In this document: piece after piece, positions 63,967-64,000 of the stretch | Layout: each line of letters begins with the position of its first letter | How positions within the stretch are numbered: the first letter of the stretch is position 1 | From: Camelus ferus | Lineage: Eukaryota | Direction: 5' to 3' | DNA: 64,000 nt | NCBI RefSeq assembly: GCF_009834535.1 | Contig: NC_045696.1 | Coordinates: 17,238,001 to 17,302,000 of the forward strand | Made by a program: the position numbers and the translations under genes | The notes under the pieces: generated by a model | The model's database searches: none | What the model saw: the letters and a program-made list of their open reading frames with translations, nothing else | Told to the model about the DNA's origin: nothing

Positions 63967-64000
63967 AGTACTTTGCAAAGCAGCATTTTTTACTATAGCA

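Noticed and set aside
1..64000. A novel multi-gene or defence-type system
   Set aside because: No intact long ORFs, no operon-like organisation, no arrays and no foreign-composition segment; the content fits ordinary mammalian repeats and unique non-coding DNA.

Overview
AT-rich mammalian DNA, either intergenic or deep intronic, most likely from a camelid (camel/alpaca/llama). This assignment rests on camelid-type tRNA-derived SINEs and a camelid-type L1 3' end; I saw no ruminant BovB/CHR or pig PRE-1 elements. I found no credible protein-coding gene or exon: the ORFs in the track are short, and the ones I traced are chance ORFs or lie in repeats. Much of the window is transposon relics (L1 of several ages, L2, L3/CR1, MIR, MaLR/ERVL/ERV1 LTRs, MER20, MER2). 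Family names are assigned from memory of consensus sequences and boundaries are approximate unless a target-site duplication (TSD) is quoted. The most notable structures are: (1) a ~0.9 kb inverted duplication of ERV internal sequence with arms ~5.5 kb apart; (2) two tailless, 3'-truncated retropseudogenes of Pol III RNAs (5S rRNA and 7SK), each with a TSD that overlaps the RNA 3' breakpoint; (3) an ancient palindromic MER135/MER121-like element; (4) a speculative Gypsy-like gag relic. I cannot support a new biological system from this sequence.
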